From Chthoniobacterales bacterium (GTDB lineage Bacteria; Verrucomicrobiota; Verrucomicrobiia; Chthoniobacterales; Chthoniobacteraceae), in the NCBI GenBank assembly GCA_038207335.1, contig JBBQZX010000012.1, forward strand, positions 72,646 through 136,645: DNA of 64,000 nt. The letters run 5' to 3'. Each line of letters begins with the position of its first letter. Position 1 is the first letter of the stretch. Shown here piece after piece: positions 29,500 through 39,400 of this stretch. Under the pieces are notes generated by a model, which worked only from the letters and a program-made list of their open reading frames with translations, was not told where the DNA came from and ran no database searches. Position numbers and translations under genes: made by a program.

Positions 29500-31713
29500 A
29501 TGCGCCCTTCCCCGATCTTCTCCATCTCCCGTCGCCTCGCTGCGGCTGTCATCTCAGGCATCATCTTTGCCGCTGCCCTCGGGTCCGCGATGGGGGCAAA
29601 CGAGGTCTTATTCATCGGAAACAGCTTCACCATCGGCGGCACCGCCAGCGTCCCGGTGATCTTCGACCGCCTCGCCATCGCGGGCGGACAGGCGGACCCA
29701 AACACCGTCATGCGGGCCGTCGGCGGCGAGGACTACCAGTTTCACGTGGGGGACGCCACCACGCAGGCGGCGATCGTTTCCCGCCAATGGACGCACGTCA
29801 TCATCCAGAACTACTCCACCCAGCCCACCCATCTCGGCGTCGCCGGGCAGGGCGTGGCCGCCCACTACACCTACGGCACGCAGCTCTACGACCAGATTAT
29901 CGCGAATCGTCCCGACACGCAGGTCATCCTTTTCGAGACTTGGTCCCGCGCGGCGAGCCACGCCCTCATCACCGGCACCTCCGATGCCAACGGCTTCGCC
30001 TCCACTGCGGAGATGCAGTCCGAGCTGCGCACGAATTATCGCGGCCTCGCCGACTCGCTCAACTCCGCCCACCCCGCCAGCGCGCCCATCCTCGTCGGGC
30101 CGGTCGGCGACGCCTTTGAAAACGCGGGCGGCCTGCGCGCTGCGTCCGACCCGAGCTTCGTCCGCCTCCACGGCCCCGACGACTACCACGCCAACGACAA
30201 CGGTTACTTTCTCGCCGCCGCCGTCTTTTACTCCACGATCTACGGCGTGAGCCCCGTCGGCCTGCACACGAACAGCGCTGTCACTTCCCTGAATCTCAAC
30301 CTCACGGTCGATCCCACCTTCCTCGAGCAGATCGCGTGGGACACCGTGCGGACCGACGTGCCGGTGACCTTCACCACCCATCCCGCCTCGCGGACGGTGA
30401 ATGAGAATGCACCCGTGACTTTCACCGCTGCCGTGGCGGGTTCGCCGCCGTATGACATCCAGTGGAAAAAGGACAACCAGCCGATCTCCGGGGCCACTTC
30501 GCTGAGCTACACGATCCCCTCCGCCGCGCGCAGCCTCGACGGTGCCATCTTCACCGTGACGGTGACGAATGGCACCTCCACCGCGACGAGCAACCCCGCC
30601 ACGCTGACCGTCACCCCCGACAACACCCCGCCCGCCCTCAGCGCCGCCACCGCCACCGGCGCTACTACCCTCACCCTCACCTTCAGCGAACCGCTCTCCC
30701 CCATCGACCCCCGCGCCTTCACCATCGCCTCCCACGGCCAGCAGCTCGGCGTCCTCTCCGCCACTCTCTCGCCCGACCGCACGACCGTCACCCTCACCCT
30801 CGCCTCCGACCTTCTCCCCGGCAATTTCGCTCTCGGCCTCGACCCCGCAATCACCGACCTCAACGCCAACCCCATCCCACCCGACACCCTGCTCTTCGGC
30901 AACGTCCCCTCCCCCGGAGCCACCGCCCTGAACCTCCTCATCGACTTCGGCGACCCCAGCACCACCACCACCGCCACCAACGACCCCGTCCGCACTTGGA
31001 ATAACCTCACCTCCACCGTCGCCGCCACCTCCACCGGATCGCTCCCCAATCTCCTCTCCACCACCGGCACCAGCACCGGCATCGCCCTCCAGATGATCCG
31101 GCGCTTCAACGGCGTCAACACCAACGGCACCACCACTGCCGCGATCTTCCCCGCCTCCGCCACGCGCGACAGCCTCTACGGAAACACCGAGACCTTCAAC
31201 GGTCTCGTCAACATCTTCCCCGGCTTCAAATTCACCGGACTCAACCCCGCCCTCGCCTACTCGCTCACCTTCTACGCCTCGCGCCTCGGCGTGGCCGACA
31301 ACCGCACCACCCTCTACACCGTCACCGGCGCCACCACCGTCACCACCACCCTCAACGCGGTGGGCAACATGGAAAACGTCGCCACCCTCGCCAACCTCTC
31401 CCCATCCGCCGCGGGCGAACTTTCCATCGGCCTCACCCCCGCCGCCGGCAACAACAACGCAAACCACTTCACCTACCTCAACGCCCTCCAGCTCAGCGGC
31501 CCGACCGGCCCCGCACCCGCGCCCACGCTTTACCCGCCCGTCCGATTTCAGGGGAAAGTCATCCTCGATTGGACAGGCGGCGGTCAGATCGAATACGCCG
31601 ACCATCTCGGCGACCCCTGGACCCCAGTGCCCTCAGCCACCACGCCCCCCTTCGCAGAGCCCCTTGCCCCCACCGGCACCCGCTTCTACCGCCTCCACAG
31701 CGCGACCCCCTAG
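29500..31713 (+). CDS. Secreted multidomain protein: SGNH-like hydrolase, Ig-like, Big-like, domain shared with neighbouring PEP-CTERM protein, C-terminal W..RFYRL tail
   Basis: VLFIGNSFT (block I), DDYHAN (DxxH), TFTAAVAGSPPYDIQWKKD (Ig), DNTPPAL..TLTLTFSEP (Big-like), LLIDFG..ATRDSLYGN..TFYASR.GV.DNR. Confidence 0.8.
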   Translation: MRPSPIFSISRRLAAAVISGIIFAAALGSAMGANEVLFIGNSFTIGGTASVPVIFDRLAIAGGQADPNTVMRAVGGEDYQFHVGDATTQAAIVSRQWTHVIIQNYSTQPTHLGVAGQGVAAHYTYGTQLYDQIIANRPDTQVILFETWSRAASHALITGTSDANGFASTAEMQSELRTNYRGLADSLNSAHPASAPILVGPVGDAFENAGGLRAASDPSFVRLHGPDDYHANDNGYFLAAAVFYSTIYGVSPVGLHTNSAVTSLNLNLTVDPTFLEQIAWDTVRTDVPVTFTTHPASRTVNENAPVTFTAAVAGSPPYDIQWKKDNQPISGATSLSYTIPSAARSLDGAIFTVTVTNGTSTATSNPATLTVTPDNTPPALSAATATGATTLTLTFSEPLSPIDPRAFTIASHGQQLGVLSATLSPDRTTVTLTLASDLLPGNFALGLDPAITDLNANPIPPDTLLFGNVPSPGATALNLLIDFGDPSTTTTATNDPVRTWNNLTSTVAATSTGSLPNLLSTTGTSTGIALQMIRRFNGVNTNGTTTAAIFPASATRDSLYGNTETFNGLVNIFPGFKFTGLNPALAYSLTFYASRLGVADNRTTLYTVTGATTVTTTLNAVGNMENVATLANLSPSAAGELSIGLTPAAGNNNANHFTYLNALQLSGPTGPAPAPTLYPPVRFQGKVILDWTGGGQIEYADHLGDPWTPVPSATTPPFAEPLAPTGTRFYRLHSATP

Positions 31714-31732
31714 CCATGATCGGCGATCCCGA

Positions 31733-31812
31733 CTACAGGGTCTAACCTGTCAGGTAATGCGTTGGAGGTATTGGTCGGCTTCGAGGGCGTTGGTGACGTG
31801 TAGCTTCTCGGC
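31733..31812 (-). repeat. Degraded copy C of the Gfo/Idh/MocA gene 3' end
   Basis: Reads AEKLHVTNALEADQYLQR-(1 nt deletion)-YLTG*TL*, in register with AEKMTCPNAPEAEAYLRREYRPGWKL*. Confidence 0.75.
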
Positions 31813-31914
31813 GAAGGCTTTCTGAATTCGGGACGCTCGTGTTGGAGACGGTGCCTTTAACCGCTAGGCTGGTGAAGCCGGGAGCGGAGTAGCGTGCGGG
31901 AGTGGCGAACATGA

Positions 31915-32088
31915 GCCGCGGGCAGCCTCGGCGTGGTGAAAATCGCTGGCAGCGTCAGCGGCGGCTTCGCGACGAACCACGCCAGCATCTCCGCAGCCAG
32001 CGCGAAAAGCATCACCATCGGCGGCGACCTCTTCGCCAACGGCGGCACCGGCAACGCGCTCCTCAGGATCCGCGACAGCGCCGGGTAA
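31915..32088 (+). pseudogene. Fragment of a Gly/Ser-rich beta-repeat surface protein
   Basis: AAGSLGVVKIAGSVSGGFATNHASISAASAKSITIGGDLFANGGTGNA...*; no start, in-frame stop just upstream. Confidence 0.5.
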
Positions 32089-32100
32089 ATGCCGAAATGA

Positions 32101-32194
32101 TTAGCCGGTAGCGTCAGCCACCGGGTTCGACCCAAACTACGCACGCCTCAGAGGGGAGGTGAAACCGGAGGAATTCCGACGCCCCTCCGGGGCT
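32101..32194. repeat. REP-like palindromic element
   Basis: Hairpin CCGGTAGC-GTCA-GCCACCGG plus imperfect inverted pair GCCTCAGAGGGGAG / CGCCCCTCCGGGGCT. Confidence 0.5.
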
Positions 32195-32226
32195 GCCAAG
32201 GCCGACCGGACGACCCTCATCGGAGG

Positions 32227-32307
32227 TTACAAAGTCCAGCCGGGGCGGTAGGTGCGGCGGAGGTACTGGCCGGCTTCGGGGGCGTTGGGGCACGTCATCT
32301 TCTCGGC
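32227..32307 (-). repeat. Copy B of the Gfo/Idh/MocA gene 3' end (direct repeat of 34950..35030)
   Basis: AEKMTCPNAPEAGQYLRRTYRPGWTL*; 68/81 nt identical by manual count, with the first 37 nt (coding direction) perfect. Confidence 0.92.
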
Positions 32308-32410
32308 CTCCTCCTTCGTCCCACGGCGCGATACGAATCAGTTCTTTACACTTCGATTCTTTGACTGAGTGTGACCACCCTCTCTCCTACTTTAAAAGCA
32401 CTTCCGATCT

Positions 32411-34750
32411 ATGAAATCCCTCCGCAAACCCGCTCTCATCCTTGCCGTATCCTGTTCCGCGCTGCTTGGCGCGGCGACTACTCACGGTGCCACTTACTTT
32501 TGGGATGGCGGCATCACTGACATCGCCGGGAATGGCGACGGTGTGAGCCAAGGCGGCGATGGAATTTGGAACCAGACGATCAAGAATTGGGACGTCGGAG
32601 CGAGCTTGCCGCAGGATGTTTGGGTAGACGGGAACAGCGCAGTTTTCGGAGGAACTGCCGGCACAGTCCTGCTTGGCGCGCCGATCAATGCGCTCGGTCC
32701 GACCTTCAGCACCGGCGGTTACACGATCACGCCCGATCCGATCAACACGCTGACGATCGGCACAGGCGGCATTGCAGCCCCATCAGGCACGACGACGATC
32801 GGTGGGGATGGACTCGCCCTCGGTGGCGCGCAGAGCTGGACATCCGTCGGCACGCTCGGCGTGAGCAGCACGAACCTCAATCTCAGCACCTTTGTCTTAA
32901 CTGTGCCCGGCGCTGGTGCGACTAACATCTCGAGCGTGATCGGTGGAAGTGGCGGATTCATAAAGATCGGCACAGGCACGCTGCTTTTAAGCGGCAACAA
33001 CACCTTCACCGGCGGCATCACTTTCAACGGCGGCGCAAGTAACAACTCAAACGCCATCGGCAATATCCGACTGGCCAGTAATAACGCGCTCGGCGCAGCG
33101 GGAACGGCGAAGATTATCGCAATGCAGACTTCCACAAGCGGCGCGATTGGAGCGGTCGAGCTGATCGGCGGAGTGGTAATCCCTTCCAACAAGACATTGA
33201 CCGTCGGAGGACGCACCGTGGGGCCTACATTCGCGTTCCTCCGCAACGTCTCCGGCAACAACACATGGAGTGGAGCTATCACGATTAGCAATTCCGGCGG
33301 CGGATACAGCGTCGATTCCGTGACCGCAGGGGATACACTCACGTTGGGAGGAACGATCTCGAACGGCGTGGCCTCCAGCACGCGAGGTCTCGTGTTGCAG
33401 GGTGCAGGCAATTACACGATCAGCGGTGCGATCAACAACGGCAGCGGTACCACTAACTTGACGATGAATAGCACTGGCATCGCCACGTTGACGAATGCCA
33501 ACAACTTCAGCGGCGGAACAACAATCTCGAAAGGTACGCTGATCGCCAGGAGGACCACGCAAGTGGCGCTCGGGACGGGCGCTGTCGGCGTTTCAGCTGG
33601 GGCCAACCTCACGATTCAGGATCACGCGGGCGGAGGCCAGCTGGCATATACAAACAATTTCACTCTCACCGGCTCCGGGGTTGCCGGAAACGGAGCCTTG
33701 GGTTTCTTCAACAGCGGTGCCTTCGACCTCTCCGGCACGATCGCTATTTCCGGCGGTACGACGATCCGCACCGATCCGAACAATCAAACGCTCAACTCCA
33801 CGGTGACGTGCACGAATACGATCTCCGGCTCGGGTGGCCTGACTCTCTTTGCTCAAGGCGGTTCGGCCACGGGCACTCCCCGTTTCACTTTTTCTGGTGC
33901 CAGTGGCTACACCGGTGGCACGATCCTGACCTCCGGCGGGATCAACACGACACCCTTCGCCATCACGCTGACCGGTGCCGACGATCGCCTCCCCGCAGGC
34001 ACCGCGCTGATTTTCGGCGGCACACCCGCTGGGGCTCCGGCGGGCATTTTCAACAAGGACGTGACGCTGGTGCTGGACGGCATCAGCCAGCAAGCGGCCG
34101 GTCTCTCCGCCGCTGTCGCTTCCGCAAATGCGAACGGTTACTCGGTCGTGGGCAATAGCGCGACGCTCTCGACTCTGGTCCTCAACAACGCGGGCGCTTC
34201 GTCCGTCAGTGGCGTCACGCTCGGCAGCGGCACGGCCGGTATCTCCAATGCGAACAACCTAGCACTCAGGCAGCAGGGCGCAGGCACGCTCACTGTCTCA
34301 GGCACGAACACCTACACCGGTGGAACAGTGGTGGCGAGCGGGTCGATTTCCGGTGCCACGGATGGCGCTTTCGGCGCAGGCAGTGTGAGTGTCCAGACGG
34401 CGGCGGTGAGTCTGTCGATTCAGACCGGCGTGCTCAGCGCCGTCGCAGATACCGCGACACTTTCCCTGGAAGGCGGCGGGACGCTCGGAGTGGCGGATTT
34501 CGGATTCGCGGAGCTTCAGGCTGGCGTGAACGAAATCGTCGGTGGGCTCTTCCTCGGCGGAATTTTGCAGACGCCGGGCATCTACGGCAGCTCATCAAGC
34601 GGCGCGCCGCTTGCGAATCAAAGCAACGAGTATTTCTCCGGCACGGGGACCATCACGGTCGTGCCCGAACCCGGCTCCGCGGCGACGTTGCTCGTCGGCC
34701 TGACCGCCTTGCTTGGCTTGCCGCGCTTGCGTCGCCGCCTCGGAAAATAG
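32411..34750 (+). CDS. PEP-CTERM protein with autotransporter-associated beta-strand repeats
   Basis: Signal peptide ending TTHG; GGFIKIGTGTLLLSGNNTFTGG repeats; YFSGTGTITVVPEPGS...RLRRRLGK. Confidence 0.9.
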   Translation: MKSLRKPALILAVSCSALLGAATTHGATYFWDGGITDIAGNGDGVSQGGDGIWNQTIKNWDVGASLPQDVWVDGNSAVFGGTAGTVLLGAPINALGPTFSTGGYTITPDPINTLTIGTGGIAAPSGTTTIGGDGLALGGAQSWTSVGTLGVSSTNLNLSTFVLTVPGAGATNISSVIGGSGGFIKIGTGTLLLSGNNTFTGGITFNGGASNNSNAIGNIRLASNNALGAAGTAKIIAMQTSTSGAIGAVELIGGVVIPSNKTLTVGGRTVGPTFAFLRNVSGNNTWSGAITISNSGGGYSVDSVTAGDTLTLGGTISNGVASSTRGLVLQGAGNYTISGAINNGSGTTNLTMNSTGIATLTNANNFSGGTTISKGTLIARRTTQVALGTGAVGVSAGANLTIQDHAGGGQLAYTNNFTLTGSGVAGNGALGFFNSGAFDLSGTIAISGGTTIRTDPNNQTLNSTVTCTNTISGSGGLTLFAQGGSATGTPRFTFSGASGYTGGTILTSGGINTTPFAITLTGADDRLPAGTALIFGGTPAGAPAGIFNKDVTLVLDGISQQAAGLSAAVASANANGYSVVGNSATLSTLVLNNAGASSVSGVTLGSGTAGISNANNLALRQQGAGTLTVSGTNTYTGGTVVASGSISGATDGAFGAGSVSVQTAAVSLSIQTGVLSAVADTATLSLEGGGTLGVADFGFAELQAGVNEIVGGLFLGGILQTPGIYGSSSSGAPLANQSNEYFSGTGTITVVPEPGSAATLLVGLTALLGLPRLRRRLGK

Positions 34751-34791
34751 GGATCAGGCGAGAACGGCGCTTCCTCCGGCGGCGCTCGGGC

Positions 34792-34946
34792 AAGATCGCG
34801 GGGCTGGCCGAGCCGGAGTTTCATCGCTCGTGCCGGACGCCGAGGACATCTCGGCGGGCGCGGTGCTCATCGCGGTCGGCGCGGCGGTCGTCATCGCAGG
34901 GCTCGTCTTCTGGCCGCACATCCTCGCGGCGGTGGTGGAACGCTGA
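34792..34946 (+). pseudogene. dgkA: 3' remnant of a prokaryotic diacylglycerol/undecaprenol kinase (DgkA family)
   Basis: KIAGLAEPEFH / frameshift / AEDISAGAVLIAVGAAVVIAGLVFWPHIL, matching the family H....AKD.AAGAVL..F.P ending. Confidence 0.6.
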
Positions 34947-34949
34947 AGG

Positions 34950-36248
34950 CTAGAGTTTCCAGCCGGGGCGGTACTCGCGGCGGAGGTAGGCTTCGGCTTC
35001 GGGGGCGTTGGGGCACGTCATCTTCTCGGCGTCCCACTCGATCCTCTTGCCGGTGCGGTAGGCGACGTTGCCGAGGAGGACTGTCTCGCTGAGGGCGCCG
35101 GAGTAGTCGAAATTGCAGGTGGTGGGGCTGCCGGTCTTGCAGGCGGTGATCCATTCTTCGTAATGGCCGGCGGAGTCGGGGATGCTGGGTGCGGGGGGCT
35201 GGAAGTCGGTGAACTTTTCCGCGGGAAGGAGCTGGTGGTGGTCGTAGTCGGAGAAGAGGACGCCCTTTTCGCCGATGAAGAGGACGCCGCCGCCTTTCTT
35301 GTCGGTGAGTTTGTGCTCCTCGAGGAGGGCCGTGTGGAGCTGGCCGCCGTCGTACCAGCTGAGTTTGACGGGCGGGAGGGTGTCGCGAGCGGGGAACTCG
35401 TAGTGGACGATGGCGTGAGTGGGGCAGGTCTCGGGATGGACGGGGGGGCCTTCGGCTTCGATGGCGCTGGGGTGGCGGAGCTTGAGGGCCCAGAAAGGGA
35501 GGTCGATGTAATGGCAGCCCATGTCGCCGAGGGTGCCGTTGCCGAAGTCCCACCAGCGGCGCCAGTTGGCGGGGAGGTAGGTCGGGTTGTAGGGGCGCTC
35601 GGGGGCGGGCCCGAGCCAGAGATCCCAGTGGAGATTCTCGGGCACGGGCGGTGTGTCGGTGGGAAGCTCGCCGCCGCCCCAGCCTTTGCCGACCCAGACG
35701 TGGACTTCGCCGATGGGGCCGATGGCACCGCTTTGGACGAGTTCGACGACGCGCCGGTAGTTGGCCCCGGCATGGATCTGGGTGCCCATCTGGGTGGCTT
35801 TGCCGGAGGCTTTTGCGAGGGCGGCGATGGTGCGGGCCTCGTGGACGGAGTGCGTGAGGGGCTTCTCGCAATAGACATTCAGTCCGCGGTGGAGGGCGCC
35901 GGCGGTGGCGACGGCGTGGGTGTGGTCGGCGGTGCTGACGACGACGGCGTCGAGGCCGGGCTGGTCGAGGAGTTTGCGGAAGTCGTTGTAGGTTTTGGCG
36001 CCGGGGAAGCGGGTCTGGATCTTCGCGAGGTAGTTGTCATCGATGTCGCAGGCGGCGACGATGTTCTGGCTTTTGATGCCGTCGATATTCGATGCGGCGC
36101 GGCCGGCGGTGCCGATGACGCCGATGTTGAGTTTGTTGTTGGGGGAGGCGTCTTTGGCGAAGAGGCGGCGTCCGCCGAGGATGAGGGTGAGGCCGGCGGC
36201 GGTGGCGCTGTGGGAGAGGAATTGGCGGCGGGTCTGGAGGAGATTCAT
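34950..36248 (-). CDS. Tat-exported Gfo/Idh/MocA family oxidoreductase
   Basis: TRRQFL; KLNIGVIG; STADHTH; YCEKPLTHSVHEA; TQMGTQ; WDLWLGPAP; WRRWWDFGNGTLGDMGCH. Confidence 0.95.
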   Translation of the reverse strand: MNLLQTRRQFLSHSATAAGLTLILGGRRLFAKDASPNNKLNIGVIGTAGRAASNIDGIKSQNIVAACDIDDNYLAKIQTRFPGAKTYNDFRKLLDQPGLDAVVVSTADHTHAVATAGALHRGLNVYCEKPLTHSVHEARTIAALAKASGKATQMGTQIHAGANYRRVVELVQSGAIGPIGEVHVWVGKGWGGGELPTDTPPVPENLHWDLWLGPAPERPYNPTYLPANWRRWWDFGNGTLGDMGCHYIDLPFWALKLRHPSAIEAEGPPVHPETCPTHAIVHYEFPARDTLPPVKLSWYDGGQLHTALLEEHKLTDKKGGGVLFIGEKGVLFSDYDHHQLLPAEKFTDFQPPAPSIPDSAGHYEEWITACKTGSPTTCNFDYSGALSETVLLGNVAYRTGKRIEWDAEKMTCPNAPEAEAYLRREYRPGWKL

Positions 36249-36445
36249 TGGGAGAGAGAAGAGCGCGCCGCGCGGCAGGATGCAACTTTTGCGTGGATTT
36301 TTGCGGTTGCGAATGGCGGTTGTGTCATTTAGGTAGGACTCGCGCTTTGCGGGATCGCGCGGGTTTCCGCCGCTCGCTATTTTTCTCCCGGAAGACTCAC
36401 AAGGGCGCACTTCAACCCCATACTCCCCGCCCCCTTGTCTCTCCC

Positions 36446-39400
36446 ATGAAAACGCCCCGCATCCTCGCCACCACTATCGCCGCTCTCCTCGTCTCCGTCT
36501 CCGCGCAGGCGGCGCTTTACACCTGGGACATCGGGCAGGGGGACGGGGCGGCGATCACGCCCGGCGATGGCACGTGGAATACAACGCTGACGAACTGGAA
36601 CAGTGCCGGGGCCAATGTGCCGTGGGTGAATGGGAATACGGCGGTCTTTGGCGGCGCGGACGGGACTTATGCGATCACGCTCGTGTCCGGGCTCTCGACT
36701 CTGGGCCTCACTTTCAATAACAGCGGCTACACGCTGGGCGCGGCGAGCCCCACCACGCTGACGCTGACCGGATCCGCGATCTCGATCGTCTCTGGAAAGA
36801 GCGCCACGATCGGCACGAATGTCACGCTCGCGCGGACGGGCGCTTACACGCTCGTGGGAGGAGGACGGCTGATCGTGGCCGGCGCGGTGACCGCTTCGAC
36901 CGGGGCGACGGAAATCAAGGACGGCTCGACGCTGGAGATCCCTAACGGCGGCAACGTGACTTTCAACGGGAGCCCCGTCATCGGCTCGAACACCACCGCG
37001 GCGATCAGCCAGGATGGCAACCTGCTCATCTCGGGCGGTTCGGTGGCGACGAACGGTGCGAGCACGAACTTCGTGATCGGGAATATGAATTCCGGGACGA
37101 CGAATGCCACGGTCACGATCAACGCGGGCAGCCTCACGGTGGGCTCGAACTCGCTCGACGGTATCCGCTTTGGCAGCAATACGCCGAGCGGTGGCACCAT
37201 CAATGGCACGTTCAATCTCGACGGCGGCACGGTGACGGCGCCCGCCGTCCGGCGCTACAACCCGGGCGGGTCGAGCGTGATCAATGCCACGTTCAATTTC
37301 AACGGCGGGACGCTGAAGGCGAACGCCGTCAAGTCCACCAACGGCTCGACGTTTTTCGAAGGCGGGATCACGGCCAACGTGAAGGCGGGCGGGGCAAAGA
37401 TCGACACGAACGGCTTCAACATCCCGATCACGCAGGCGCTGCTCGATGCGGGCGGCGGGGGCGGTCTGGAGAAGCTGGGCGCGGGGGTGCTGACGCTGAC
37501 GGGGGCGAATACTTACACCGGGACGACGACGGTCAGCGCCGGGACGCTGGCGATCGGGGCCGGTGGGACGGTGGGCAGCATCGGCACAGGGCCGATCGTG
37601 AATAACGCGACGCTGACTTTCAACCGAAGCGACTCCGTGACGCTGGCGAACAACATCTCGGGCTCGGGTCCGCTGAATCTGAACGGCAGCGGGACGACGA
37701 CGCTCGGGGGGGCGAGCACTTATACGGGTGCGACGAATGTGAACTCCGGGCGGCTGCAGCTCACGGGCTCGCTGACCTCGGATGTGTCGCTGGCGACGGG
37801 GGTGAATATCGGCGGGGAGGGCTCGACGACGGGGTCGCTTACTTTCAACGGCACGCACACGCTGTTTTTCGACCCGACAACGCCGGGGGCGCTGACGGCG
37901 AATACGGTGGTGGCGACCGGGGCGACGGTGACGCTGAGCCTGAGCGCGGTGACAGGAGCGGCGACGGGGATCGTGGTGCTGAATGCGCCGGGCGGGATCG
38001 CGGGGACGGCGGGGCTGGCGGGGAATTTCCGGTTCACGGGGCGCGGCTCGGCGTATCTGAACGGCGGGAACACGCAGCTTCTTTTCGACTACGCGCCCGC
38101 GACGCTGGTGTGGAAGGGGAACACGGCGAACCCGACATTCTGGGACGTGCAGACGACGCAGAACTGGAGCAACGCGGGGACGCCGGATACCTTCATGATG
38201 GGTGACACCGTGCTGCTCGACGACACGGCGAGCACCTTCACGATCGATGTGAAGACGCCGTCGCCGCAGCCGAGTGTCGCGACTTTCAACAACACGATGG
38301 CGCACACTTACACGCTGCAGGGCGCGGCGCTCGCAGGCACCGGGACGATCGTGAAGAACAACACGGGGACGCTGATCGTGGCCAATGACAACACTTACAG
38401 CGGCGGGACGACGATCAATGCCGGCACGGTGCAGCTTGGCGATGGCGTGAATGCGACCGGCGCGCTCGGGACTGGCCCCGTGACGAATAACGCGGCGCTA
38501 GTGACGGACTTCGGCGCGAGTCTCGTGGCAGTGGCGAATGACATCGGGGGAACGGGCACGCTCCAGCAGAACGGCGTAGGGACGGTGGCGCTCACAGGCA
38601 CGAGCACCTTCAGCGGGCCGACGCTCATCGCCGCGGGCACCCTGCAACTCGGCGCAGGCGGCACGACGGGCGCGCTCGGCACGGGCGGCGTGATCAACAA
38701 CGCGACGCTCGCTTTTAATCGGACGGACAGCTCCTCGACGACGAATGCCATCAGCGGCACGGGGAACCTCGTGAAGCTCGGCACCGGCACCGTCGCGCTT
38801 GGCAAGACGAATACTTACAGCGGGCTCACGACGATCACCGCGGGCGCGATTTTGGTGAATGTGAACGGCACGGTGCTCGGCGACACGACCAGCGGGACGG
38901 TCGTGAGTGGGACCGGTGCCGCTCTGCAACTCCAGGGCGGCGTGACGGTGACCGGGGAGGCGCTCTCGATCGTCGGCGACGGCGTGAACGGCGCGAGCGC
39001 TCCGGGCGCGCTCCGCAGCCTCGGCGGCAACAACGAGTGGACCGGAGACATCACCGTCGGAAACGGAGCGACGACCCGCGTGGTGTCGGACACCGGCTCG
39101 CTAAAGATCAGCGGGAATGTCGCGCTGAGCCCGACGGCGGGCGATCAGTTCGTGCTGCAGGGCAACGGGGATGGCGAAATCAGCGGCATCATCAGCGGCG
39201 TCGCGCGCGTGACCCGGAGCGTGACGGGCACTGGGACGTGGACGCTCAGCGGGGCGAATACTTACACGGGCAAATCGGTCGCCAGCGGCGGGTTCCTGCG
39301 CGTGTCTTCGTTCAATAGCGTCGTCGGCGGCACACCGAGCAGCAGCCTCGGAGCACCGACGACCGTGGGAAATGGTACGATCGATCTCGCGAACACGACG

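Noticed and set aside
32227..35030. A/B repeat pair as a diversity-generating retroelement TR/VR
   Set aside because: Mismatches are not confined to adenines (G/C and C/G changes occur) and there is no reverse transcriptase in the window.
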